Of a stretch of 64,000 nt of DNA, positions 1 through 10,649 are shown piece by piece. Position 1 is the first letter of the stretch; each line of letters begins with the position of its first letter. The notes below the pieces were generated by a model. The model was not told the DNA's origin and did no database searches. It saw nothing but the letters and a program-made list of their open reading frames with translations. This DNA is from Chlorokybus atmophyticus (taxonomy: Eukaryota > Plantae > Mesostigma and Chlorokybus algae), in assembly GCA_009103225.1 (NCBI GenBank), contig RHPI01003369.1:1161490-1225489 (forward strand). Reading direction: 5' to 3'. A program made the translations under genes and the position numbers.

Positions 1-154
1 AACATGTGGAAGGTCACCATTCTTCACAAATAATGCAATTGGCAGAGGTTGTAAAGAGAGAGGTATCATCGCCGCCGATTGTCCTCTACAACACTACCAC
101 GGCGATCATAACGCCGCCATATGTAGAGCAGCTGCCAATAGAAAAGACGCTCCA

Positions 155-1159
155 TGATACAACCCACTCGACTATAAAAGGCTGGGTTCTTTTATGGTTG
201 ATTTGTGGTATTTAATGTACCTTCCCGTTACATTCCCCCCCACTTAAGAACGCTGATGTAGCAGGTGCCGCTGTCGCCGCCGACAACCCTTCAATCCTCT
301 ACCCCAACACCCACAGCGCCAACGATAAGCCTGTCAAGCCGCCGGTAGCATGACGTTGTGGCAGAAGACTGAATGAGGTCTCATCAATTGATGGGACCTT
401 ATATATCAAGAATGTATCACGTATATGTGTCTCGACATGAAACTCACAAATGGATATCCACTCTATAGATGGGGTGACCGTTTGCAATCTAGCATGAGCC
501 AATCATAGCTCAGACCCCCAACGATAAGGTACCTAAATATTAGATACCTATCGCAATATCTGGCTATTATGGTCGCATATATCGTATGCGACCCTAAACA
601 GGCTTGAATAGGTGGTTCTACACCCGTCGGGACTTATAAAAGCTATCATAAGTTTGTTAAGTGAGGAACCGTAGAAAAGAGGTATAAACAAGTGTTAGAT
701 ATACTTTACTTATACCAAATGTGTCATTTATGTAGCAGTATTACCCTTATTATTATTGCTCCCGTTACAGCTGATGTCCTTAGCAGCTGCCCATGCTCAG
801 CTCGCCAACAGCTGGGGAATCATCCTCGGGGTTTGTTAGGGTCGGTCACCGGCCCCACGGCCAAGGCCCGGTTAATTTAGGCCCATACCAGTCAACGCGC
901 GCATAGTGGGCCGCTGCCTGCCCCACATGTCACGTCCTGCCGCGCCGACTAAACGTCGGCGCGACCCATCGATAATGGCACCTATGAAGTGACCACTTAA
1001 CATGTTACTGGATCAAGAAACAACGACCGCGAAAATCGTGTGCAAGTCAGGAATTGAACCCGGTCTCAAGCTTCAATGACCAATGTCACAGCCCACTCCA
1101 CCATAACAGACTTGGTGCTTTTATGGTCGATTGAGGTATCATCGTACCTTCCCGATACA
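155..1159 (-). mobile_element. TRIM (miniature non-autonomous LTR retrotransposon), copy C, interrupted by a nested solo LTR
   Basis: Diverged LTRs at 1084-1159 (5') and 155-232 (3'). On the minus strand the PBS-like TTGGTCATTGAAGC follows the 5' LTR and a PPT (TAAGT, a G run, then AA) precedes the 3' LTR. Flanks CTCCA/CTCTA are a 5-bp TSD with 1 mismatch. The internal domain is homologous to copies A and B. Confidence 0.85.
257..769 (-). mobile_element. 513-bp solo LTR of a Ty3/Gypsy-type family, inserted into TRIM copy C
   Basis: TG...CA termini (starts TGTAACGGG on minus). Perfect 5-bp TSD GCTGA at 252-256 and 770-774. Removing it restores the TRIM internal sequence. Shares a G-rich U5 motif with the Gypsy LTRs at 31-48 kb. 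Confidence 0.8.
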
Positions 1160-1344
1160 CTCTAACTGTGGCGGGCGCTGCATTTAAGCGAGCCATGTGG
1201 CCAACATCCATTTTTCATACGAGTTTATACACGATATAAAAACAAACAACACGATTTTACGACCTGGGAGACACTAGGATGGCTATCGTGGCCAAAGTTG
1301 TAGTCGAGTCGCTTTTTTATATATAAAACCTACATTAGGGGGGC

Positions 1345-1873
1345 TGTAACGGGAAGGTACAATATATTACCACAAATCGACCATAAAAGCGCCAAGTCTT
1401 TTGTGGTCGAGTGGGCTGTGACATTGGTCATCGGAGCTTGAGACCCGGGTTCGATTCCTGCCTTGCACACGAATTCCGCGGTCGTTGTTTCTCGATCCAA
1501 TAACATCGTAAATGGTCACTTTATGAGTGCCATCATCGATGGGTCGCGACTTGCCTAATGGCAGTCGCGCCGAACTGACCAGATCAGTTGGCGCGGCAGG
1601 GCGCGACCTGCCTATCGCGGCGACGCGACCTGTGGGGCCGGCAGCGGCGCGCTATGCGGGCGCTGACCGGTATGGGCCTAAATTAGCCGGTCCTTGGCTG
1701 TGGGGCCGGTGACCGACCCTAACAAACCCCTTGGGTAATTCCCCAGCTGACCGCGCAGCTGCCGAGGACGTCAGCGTTCTTAAGTGGGGGGGAATGTAAC
1801 GGGAAGGTACATTAAATTACCACAAATCGACCATAAAAGCACCAAGTCTTTTGTGGTCGAGTGGGCTGTGACA
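1345..1873 (+). mobile_element. TRIM copy A (529 bp, best preserved)
   Basis: 79-bp LTRs at 1345-1423 and 1795-1873 (TGTAAC...GTGACA, 3 differences). PBS-like TTGGTCATCGGAGC at 1424-1437, PPT just before 1795, perfect TSD GGGGC. No credible ORF. Confidence 0.92.
1404..1458 (+). promoter_or_regulatory. Putative type-2 Pol III promoter: A box TGGTCGAGTGG (1404-1414) and B box GGTTCGATTCC (1448-1458)
   Basis: Both match the tRNA internal-promoter consensus, and the box starts are 44 nt apart as in tRNAs. Function is inferred. Confidence 0.5.
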
Positions 1874-2022
1874 GGGGCCTTCCACTTTGATGTTAATTAA
1901 GGCGCCGGGATCCTTTTTTGAGATAACACCATGTTATAGGGGTCAAGCCTTTATATATTCTCTACGCGGCAATGTGTTATTGTGGCATGTATGCCACAAT
2001 AACGATGTGTCGTTTTTATTGC

Positions 2023-2101
2023 TATCACAGCCCACTCGACCACAAAAGACTTGGTGCTTTTATAGTCAATTTATGGTAATTTGATGTACCTTCCCGTTAC
2101 A
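2023..2101 (-). mobile_element. Solo 79-bp TRIM LTR
   Basis: Reverse complement of the TRIM LTR with no internal domain on either side. Flanks ATTGC/GTTGC are a TSD with 1 mismatch. Confidence 0.85.
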
Positions 2102-2825
2102 GTTGCAGGGTTGTGTCCCCCATCAGTGTGAACAACCGTTGCAGTAAGTGCATTCAATTGCCAATGTCTTATTGGCTTGCATTAGCACGGTGGTGTTGGC
2201 GTAATTTGCTTGCAGGTTACTCATTCATGCAATGAAGGCATTATGCACTTTATGTACGTCTGGTTGCAACAATAGGCCTTGCACGGTTTTTAAACCGTTT
2301 GGACCTACGCGTTCAATGCATCGGACCCAGTTGTTCAATGCGTGGCAGGTTACGCCCCCACCAATTCAGGTATTACTTAAAATGCAACATTAAGCGATGC
2401 GTCGCCCATTGTAATTTTTTACAACCCCAAAACTGCTTCGGCAGTGCCTGCGAGTATGCTCCTGCCTGCGCAATGTGCCACAAAAGTTTTTTCATTAATA
2501 TTAGCAATTGATTGTGTGAAATTCATAATAACAACACAACTCAATAACTTGGTTACCACAATTGATGCTTTTAAGCGAAGGCCACTTACAGTACATGTGC
2601 TTAAGTTGGCATGTGTTCTTCAGGAACAGTAAGAACACATTTACACATCCGGGCATGCGGTGATAGTAATGGCATGACTTCAAAATTGCAAGCTCTCAAT
2701 CTTATTGAACATGATATTAGCGCAGCATTATGAAGTGCCGCATCGAGTTGATGCCATTAATGGTCAATAAAAACGCTATTTTTCTCGTGTTGTATATCAC
2801 ATTTTGCTTCTGCTAGAATCTAACG

Positions 2826-3328
2826 TGTAACGGGAAGGTACATTAAGTAACCACAAATCGGCCATAAAAGCACCAAGGCTTTTATAGTCGAGTAGGATGT
2901 GACATTGGTCATCGGAACTTTGTTCGATTCTTGCCTTGCACACGGATTCCGCAGTCGTTATTTCTCGCTCCAGTAACATTGTAAATTGTCACTTCATAAG
3001 TGCCATTATCGATGGGTCGCGACTTGTCTAATGGCAGTCGCGCCGGCGTTCAGTCGGCGCGGCATGACGCGACCTGCCTGTCGCGATGCGACCTGTGGGG
3101 TCGGTAGCGGCACGCTATGCGTTGACCGGTATGGGCCTAAATTGGCCGGTCATTGCCGTTGGGGCCGGTGACCGACCCTAACAAACCCTGGGATGATTCC
3201 CCAGCTGAGCGTGGGCAGCTGCCGAGGACGTCAGCGTTCTTAAGTGGGGTGTAACGGGAAGGTACACTAAATAACCACAAATCGACAATAAAAGCACCAA
3301 GTCTTTTGTGGTCGAGTGGGCTGTGACA
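2826..3328 (+). mobile_element. TRIM copy B (503 bp)
   Basis: LTRs at 2826-2904 and 3250-3328 (9 differences). PBS-like TTGGTCATCGGAAC, shortened PPT, TSD TAACG/TGACG. Small deletion just before the B box. Confidence 0.88.
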
Positions 3329-5154
3329 TGACGTGTTGCGTACTCAGTCGAAACTTCTATACATTCTCATGACCAATGGCCAAATCTGATACTTCAAGGA
3401 GTACCGATTGCACTAGTACAAATTCATAACAGAGTTTGATTGCGAGGATAGTGTTACCAATGGCCCACTTTGTGTGCTGATGTGAAGTTTTGCTGCTGCT
3501 TTTTATGTTTATCATGAACAAGGCATGAAAACGTTCAATATTATTTTTATGTGTGAACGTTGACAAAACATGCCGCAACGATAGAGGTAATGTGCTTGAT
3601 GCATATGATTATCGTTTAATCATCATCATTGTGTGTCTCTGTGCGATTTGCGTGGAGATCGATCAACGAAGGAACCGTGTTTGTGTATAGCTGTCGGAGC
3701 CATCATAAATTAACCTTTTTAAGGCCACTACTGTTGTAACTTGAAGCCATTCTTCGATTGTTGTTATTGCAGATAAAAGATAATAATCAAGTTCGCATGA
3801 TTATCTTATGAAATGTTATTGCATAAATGTGATTTTTTTAAATCGTTGGCTTACAATGATTCAAAGCCAGCGCACGTGATATTTGGGCTTGAATTCTCAG
3901 ATGTTTGCTACATGTAATATAAAGTTCAATGCAGCAAAATATGTTACGTATATTACAACATTTATTGATTGAAGGCTTCCGCATATCCTTAAGCAAATGA
4001 TGTACATGCCTTTCAAGCTGATCAAACGCGTTTGATACCGCACGGATTGGGACATATGTGTACATGTTTTGAGACATGCGTGTAATAACATACGGTAAGT
4101 TACGCGATGTATGTTCATTACAAATAAACGCATACATATTCAGTGCCATCATTTATATATGAATCCTATAATCAATTGCGTTCTCTGAACCACAAGCACC
4201 AAACGTGTGCGTAAACAAACTGTACATGTCCAGTCATGCGCGGATCATCGTCACAACTATGTTTACGTTCATGCGGCTGCGTGTTTATGTAAGCAGCAAC
4301 GATGTTGACAAATTGTGTTGGCATGCGTGCGGAATGCGCATGCCAACATATAATCAATCCCCGCATAAACACAACAACCGAACCATTATTTAAAGCGGTG
4401 CACAATGAATACGAGCAAGCACCCATTAGCATCTAGCACACTCAATGCAATTAAATTAAGATGTATCATTTGCAAGCAAGCACACGGCATTGATGCGTGT
4501 AGAAGACTAGCTATGATTTTTACTTATACATGTTTTCACTTAATGTTCACTCCTACCATGCACACACATTATTACTATCGTGTGTGTGTGGCACCCTTCA
4601 GCTTCATGCATACAAGGCGCGGCATGAGAGTCTTCTCTTGAGTCTACAGGTATAATTGATATGACGGCACCGAGGTAGTCATGATACAACTATGTCCAAT
4701 GACGCGCAGAGGTATATCCAAATGCACACCTGTGCACCCTTTCAAAGGATTCTTGGTACCGCAATGCGGGCCGCATCCTGCGAGTCGCATGCGATTACCA
4801 AACTGTGTGATTGCGTTTTCAATGTGCCACGGTGTAAAGTCAGCTCCGTGCCAGCTTAAGCAAGCAGGCCGCGGCGGCGACGGCGTTGCGGTGGCCATCG
4901 TCGTCATCGTCGTTGTTGTCACCCTCGTGGTCACCTCGCTGCTGCATTAGCCCTAGCTGGTCGCACTGACCGGATCGACCCTGATCGCAACATTGATCTA
5001 GCTTGGCCTCATTGTGGCCTGATTGTGGTCTGCTGCTGGTCTTCTGCTGCTGGTGGCCAAAGAGGGTATGCTTGCTGGTGGAGTTGTCGCTTGCGCCACG
5101 ACAGGCTTTCTTGCTTGAAGCATCTCAGCTCCGTTGGCGAGCTTGAGTGTGAGC

Positions 5155-7454
5155 ATGGACAGCACCATCGCCACTTGGTCGAGCTACTTCACCAAGGCGC
5201 CCGGAGACATCTGGACGCTGCTGGACAGGGTGAGCGACCCACACGCATTGCGATGATACTTTCCTGAGCTGTGTCGTTGGATCTGTATCGCGATGGTTGA
5301 GTGGTTCTCCTGAAGCTAGATCAGCTTGATCAATTCAACCTCCTGTCAACGTCTTCAACCGACCAGTACTCCGTTGTCTGAGCTGAGTCTTCAGCTGTTA
5401 GCTTGTAACGTGTTGTGGTGCGGTAGTCCTCCTCCTTCTGAGTCTTCAGCTGGTGGACTGCTTCTCAAGCTCGGTCGTTGAAATTGACATTGTAGTTGAC
5501 AGAGGGCCAAGGTTGCCAGCCAGGTGCAGCACACCAGTTTGCTTGACTGCTGTTTTCTTCATATTCAGGCCATTGATCATGCTGCTGAGCACTATCCGGG
5601 AGACTTTCGTTCTCGAAGAGACGCTATTGCAGAGAGGATTTTTGCGCCAAGACCAATTGTCAATGACGGATCCGGCAAAGCTAAAGCTGGTCTGGATCAG
5701 CTGCCAAACGGTGCTTTGTCTCCCATAAGAACTCATCTCGCTGAAGAAGTTGGCATACAGCACAATCGCACGTCGAGTGAAGTTCCAAGTAGCCTGACTG
5801 AAGTTCAATTTTTGGATGAAGTTGAAGGCAGGGTGCTTGCTCTCAAGAACGAGCTGGAGTCATCACCACAGGCAAGCACACATGCTGTGTTTACTTGCAT
5901 GATTGCGGTAGTGAGCAATGCGTTCTTGTGTTGAGTCTCACGTCTGCTACTGACTGCACTGATGATGATCATCATGATGTTCTGCAGAGTGCGGATGAGT
6001 TGTTGAGAATTTTTGCTGCTCTAGACAACCAGCGGCTATCAGTGAGCATACTCCGGGTAAGGAACAACACAGTACAGGACTGATGGTTGTCGTCTGTCCT
6101 CACTGGTGCATGCCATGGCTCATTTGTCTATTTTATTGCTGATACGTTGGTTGATAGAGTACTGAGATTGGCAAGACTGTGAATGGATGGCGGAAGCATT
6201 CCTCGAATGAAGTTAAGGAAGCAGCCAAGCGCTTGGTCAAGTAAGCTTACTATTGCATTGCACGGCAGCCTTACCCATCTCTGGTGTGTTGATTGGGTGT
6301 CTCTGACTCACATGGCTTCTGCAGAAAATGGAAGGAGTCCTTCAGTAGATCTCAAAATAATGGCTCTGGCGTGGTTTCAGCAGGTCTGTGTGTTGAGTGA
6401 TGCATGCATGTACGTGTGACATTGGCCTTATGAGTGTTTCTTGCAGATGAGCGGGACGTTCCCGCGATGCAAAGGAAAAACAGCAATCTTGGGCAGGACG
6501 GTACGTGCATTGATCTGCTGTGGGTTGGTGGCAGTTAGCGCAAGATCACCAGGTTGAAAAATTGCAACAAGAGCAAATTTCATGCATGCGCACATATAGA
6601 CACATGTGCGCCCATGTGTCTACATGTGCAATTTCAACGTGCATGCTTTGTTGTTGTGCAGACATGTTGCTGTCACCCAGAGCAGGCATACTGTCCCCCG
6701 GGCTGCGATTGCCAATCGACCAACACAACAACATTGGCTCAGCGGAGTCCGCCGTGATGATCGATGATGACTCCGATCCGGCAGTGAGCCAGCACACGCA
6801 AGACCTTGGTCAGGTGCCACACTCATCTTCAACGCTGTATGTATGACACAAACAAAGCTCAACGCTATGCGCGTGCAGTTCCTGGAAGACTTTTTGGGTG
6901 ATGAAACGGAACTGCCTGCGACGACCAGGACTCAACCCACGCACAATCGCATGGTCTTCAACAACAACGGCCGCAGCGGTAAGGTAACAACGCCCCAGCG
7001 GCAGCGGCCGAGTTCGGCCCCGGGCGCGGACGGCAGCTCGATAACTGTGGAGGATGCCAGGCTGAGGGCTGCGGTGACAGCGTCAATGCCTGTGAGCACA
7101 CGTGCTCGCCCTGCTCAGTGCTTATTGCGTGCATGTATATCTCCACGTGCGTGCACATGTGCGCATGCATCTTTGTGCTGAAGCCTTGCTGTGCACTTAT
7201 GTTACTGGCAGGATTCCAAGGAGGACTCTGAGCGGAGGCTGAAGGCTGCCCGCGAAAGATTGCATCAGAACTATCAGCACGCTCAGGATGGTATGCATGA
7301 AGCTGAGCAAGCTCGTGTTGCGGGGGCGGTTTTCTGCTGTGTCAATGTGTGCTGACTGCGCTTGTTCGCAGCGAAAAAGCAGCGCACGTTGATGGTGTTG
7401 GATCCTGGTTCTCTGCCACCACAAGCGAAGCATCGAAAGGTTGCACGGCGATAA
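5155..7454 (+). CDS. MED26: Plant-type Mediator subunit 26 / TFIIS N-terminal domain protein (multi-exon)
   Basis: Spliced N-terminus MDSTIATWSSYFTKAPGDIWTLLDR|AIDHAAEHYPGDFRSRRDAIAERIF. TFIIS-N segment STEIGKTVNGWRKHSSNEVKEAAKRLV. C-terminal RLKAARERLHQNYQHAQDAKKQRTLMVLD resembles plant MED26. Middle exons are uncertain. Confidence 0.8.
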
Positions 7455-8826
7455 CGCCTTGGTGTTCAGTGGCAGAAACGTGATGGTGCAGTGGTATCAT
7501 CTACGGCACAGAGTTATGGTTGAGAGTGAGAACGTTGTGATAGTAGTAATGTTGTACAGTAGAGTGGCTGACTGTATGCTTGGAGTGCGCCATTTGCTAG
7601 CGGGACAAGGCCACTCAATCTACGCGTAACAATGGTAAATATTGTCTGATTGTAGCAGTGATTGCACGCACGGTATGTGATATATGCTGTGTGCACTTGT
7701 GTGTGCACCAGGTGATTGACATCCGCAACATTCAGCGTAACAGCAGAAGTTGTAACGTGCCATGCACACGGCACGCATTAGATGCATTCCCCTAAGTTTA
7801 TAGGCGTACTGTCGTGAGCCAGCTAACTGTACTTCTGTGTACTTTGTCTGAGATCAACTGCATTGATCTGTCCTTATCAAAACCACCATATTCTTGCAAT
7901 GTGTTAAGACATATCCCTTGCATGTGAAGAGTATTCGCTTAAGCAGTCTTTGTACAAACAATGTGAAACCGACATGCACATGCATAATGGCATGCACCGT
8001 CATGCAGAGTGACATTACGCATACCAACAACACCATTGTACGGTTGACCACCGGGTCCATTCACTACCTAACACAAAGACACATGCGCAGGAGACTGCAA
8101 TTGCCATGCATGCATGCATGTCTGACAGGGGGGCAATAGTGGTAGACTTAGGTAGCTAGCAGGCAGCATGAAGGAGGCATCTTGCCCCGGTGGTTGATGT
8201 ATTGAGTGTTGGTGGTGTTGGCTGCATTGCATGTGCATGTTATGCGTGCTCTTTTTCATTTTTCGTACACTGCACTAACTTTCTATCCCGAACGCGACTA
8301 TCCGGAACACCATGAAGCATGCACATGCACATATGTACACTTGCACAACAGCTGTTGTGTGCAACACTGCGTTAGTAGGTGACATTCTCAAGTTGTTCAC
8401 ACCGTAGTAGTAGTAACGCAAGAAGTTGACAGACACTAATTTTCTGGCAGAATGTATTACATGCGATGGTAACACAGCATGGACAATGAGTGCAAATAGG
8501 AAGTTGTTCTGATAATTACAGTTTATATATAATATTATCAAACTGTAGAAGCTCAATGAACTACAGATGCCATCACCAGGGTTTGCGTACGTTCCACCAA
8601 ATGGTGCAGAATCGTTCACTTGGCCAATGCGTATTCACTTATTCAACCCAGCTCGATTCTATGATCATACCAATCAGGCGGCAGCAGGATTGAGCCAAAG
8701 GGAGGTATATCATGGTGTATATCATTGAAAAGTGCCAAGATACAAAGCTACAAGTTTCAATCAACGTGACTATACATGTCAACTCGCTAGCAAGCTTGCT
8801 GGTGGCAAAAACGGGATTGGAAAAAT

Positions 8827-9877
8827 TTACTGGCTGGGGACGAAAGCGGTGGCGTAGTTCCAGGCGTTGACGGTGAAGGGGCTGTCGAGATGCTCCTGGA
8901 GGTTCGCAATGGGGCCCTTGCCGGTGACGATGGCCTGGACGTAGAAACCGAACATGGAGAACATAGCCAGACGGCCGTTCTTGATCTCCTTGACCTTGAG
9001 CTCAGCGAAGGTGTCGGGGTCGTCAGCAAGACCCAGGGGGTCGAAGTAGGGGCCGCCGGGGTACAGGGGGTCAAGACCCTCGCCAGCCGGTCCACCTGAG
9101 GCATTGATCATGATGAGACACTGTTCATATAGAAGATGCATGCTGCACATGAAGAGTGAGACAGATAGTGTGCTTACCGTTGACGCGGTATGCCTCGATG
9201 GCGCCCATGAGCAGGACCTGGGTGATGAGGATGGCGAGGATGGACTGGGCGTGGATGAGGTTGGGGTTAGCGAGGTAGTCAATGCCCTCAGAGCTGAAGA
9301 TCTGAGCGCCGGCCTTCCACCAGACAGCGCCCTCACCGAAGTTGACACCGTTCTTGGCGAGCAGCTCGGGGGTCACGCAGCCCAGAGCTCCGAGCATGGC
9401 CCAGCGAGCGTGGATGACCTCAAGCTCACGGTACCTGAGAGAGTTAAATCACATTTAAAACGTGCATACACTTTCCCAAGTGCGTCTGTTTACACGTAAC
9501 ATTATCACCACCGCCTGACTCGTCGCCAACAAACCCCACACAGCAAACAATGCCATGCACAATGCACCGAGTCTGTGTGCCCACCTGCGGAAGGTCTCGG
9601 GGTCGGCGGAGAGGCCGGCTGTGTCCCAGCCGTAGTCACCGGGGAACTCTCCGTTGAGGTATGAGGGGGTGTCACCGGAGAAGGGGCCCAGGAACTTCGG
9701 GCGGTCGGGGCCGTACCAGATGGAGGAGGGCTTGGAGGCGACGGTGCGGCGCATGGTCACCTTGGCATCGCCGACGGGGCCCACCTTTTGGGCAAGGGCG
9801 TTCTGGCCCTTGAGCTCGGTCTGACCAACGAAGGTCGACCTGGGGACGGCGACAGCTGCCATCATGGTGGACGCCAT
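8827..9877 (-). CDS. LHCB: Major light-harvesting chlorophyll a/b protein of PSII (LHCII, Lhcb1/2/LhcbM type), 3 exons
   Basis: Transit peptide, then [60 protein letters not shown] and [35 protein letters not shown] introns join these in frame. Confidence 0.97.
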
Positions 9878-10545
9878 CTTGCTGAAGGTGAAAGACAACA
9901 ACAACTACTTTTCCAGCGACCAGGAAGCTCCAACACCGAAGTACGCACACTGAATGCGAGGAATAAAGCAATCATATATACCAGGTAAACGCTGGGTCTT
10001 GCAAGATCTGATCCTTGCATGGGTGCAGGCGAAACAAGGGTGGCGGTCGTTGCGATGCCCAGATGCGCACTTCAGTACACTATTGCAGCGTTCGATGCGA
10101 GATTTCTCGCGCGAAAACAAGTGTCTGCAGCCGTTTCGGCCTGGGAGAGAAAAAAATCTTAGTTGCGTCTCTCACCTTATTGGGCGGGTAATTGCGCGGT
10201 GCGAGTTTGATGTGCCGTTGCGGGTCGGACGCATCGATGGCTGAGGGGTGCTGATCGGTGCTGAGATTGAATCGGCACCCTGCGATCGGCTACCGGTCGA
10301 TCGCGCAGCAGACCCATAGAAGGCTCTCATTGGGCAGAGCGGACGAAAGGCAGGCGCTGCGCGCGCGACCGTGCCCGAGACGTGCGAGCCATGCACGTGC
10401 AAGCGCATCGCTTGTGCGCTTGTGCGCAACTCGAGCTCGCCACAGCTCGATCCGGAAAATAACCTCGATCATAGTCGCTGAAACAGGGTCTATCGAGCAG
10501 GATGTGTTGATCGGGAAGAGAGGCAGGTTAGGGGTTTGTGCAAAT

Positions 10546-10553
10546 TAGGGTTT
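10546..10553 (-). promoter_or_regulatory. Telo-box (AAACCCTA) in the RPN10 5' leader
   Basis: TAGGGTTT on +, about 100 nt before the RPN10 ATG. Confidence 0.4.
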
Positions 10554-10649
10554 CTAACAACCACTGTGACGGTGAGGAGGACAAGGACGGCGCAGGTGAC
10601 GGCGGCGACCACGACAGTGAGCTCGCTGGTGGTGGTGGTTTTAGGCAAG

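Noticed and set aside
1397-1470. tRNA gene call for the A/B-box region of the TRIM
   Set aside because: No acceptor-stem pairing and no anticodon arm can be formed; only the promoter boxes and a partial T-arm are tRNA-like.
1527-3171. Short ORFs in TRIM cores (1527-1712, 2986-3171) sharing DRYGPKLAG
   Set aside because: They have GTG/TTG starts and different frames upstream in the two copies; the shared peptide simply reflects repeat homology.
155-3328. CRISPR-like or satellite interpretation of the recurring 79-bp unit
   Set aside because: The units are paired LTRs with PBS, PPT and TSDs in both orientations, and the intervening sequences are homologous rather than unique spacers.
5230-5568. 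Possible C/D snoRNAs in MED26 intron 1 (several CTGA, 15-nt direct repeat CTGAGTCTTCAGCTG)
   Set aside because: No complete RTGATGA C box or terminal stem, and no rRNA-complementary guide that I can verify.
10152-10159. AAAAATCT (CCA1-binding-site-like) upstream of LHCB
   Set aside because: A single 8-mer within an A run; cannot be distinguished from chance.
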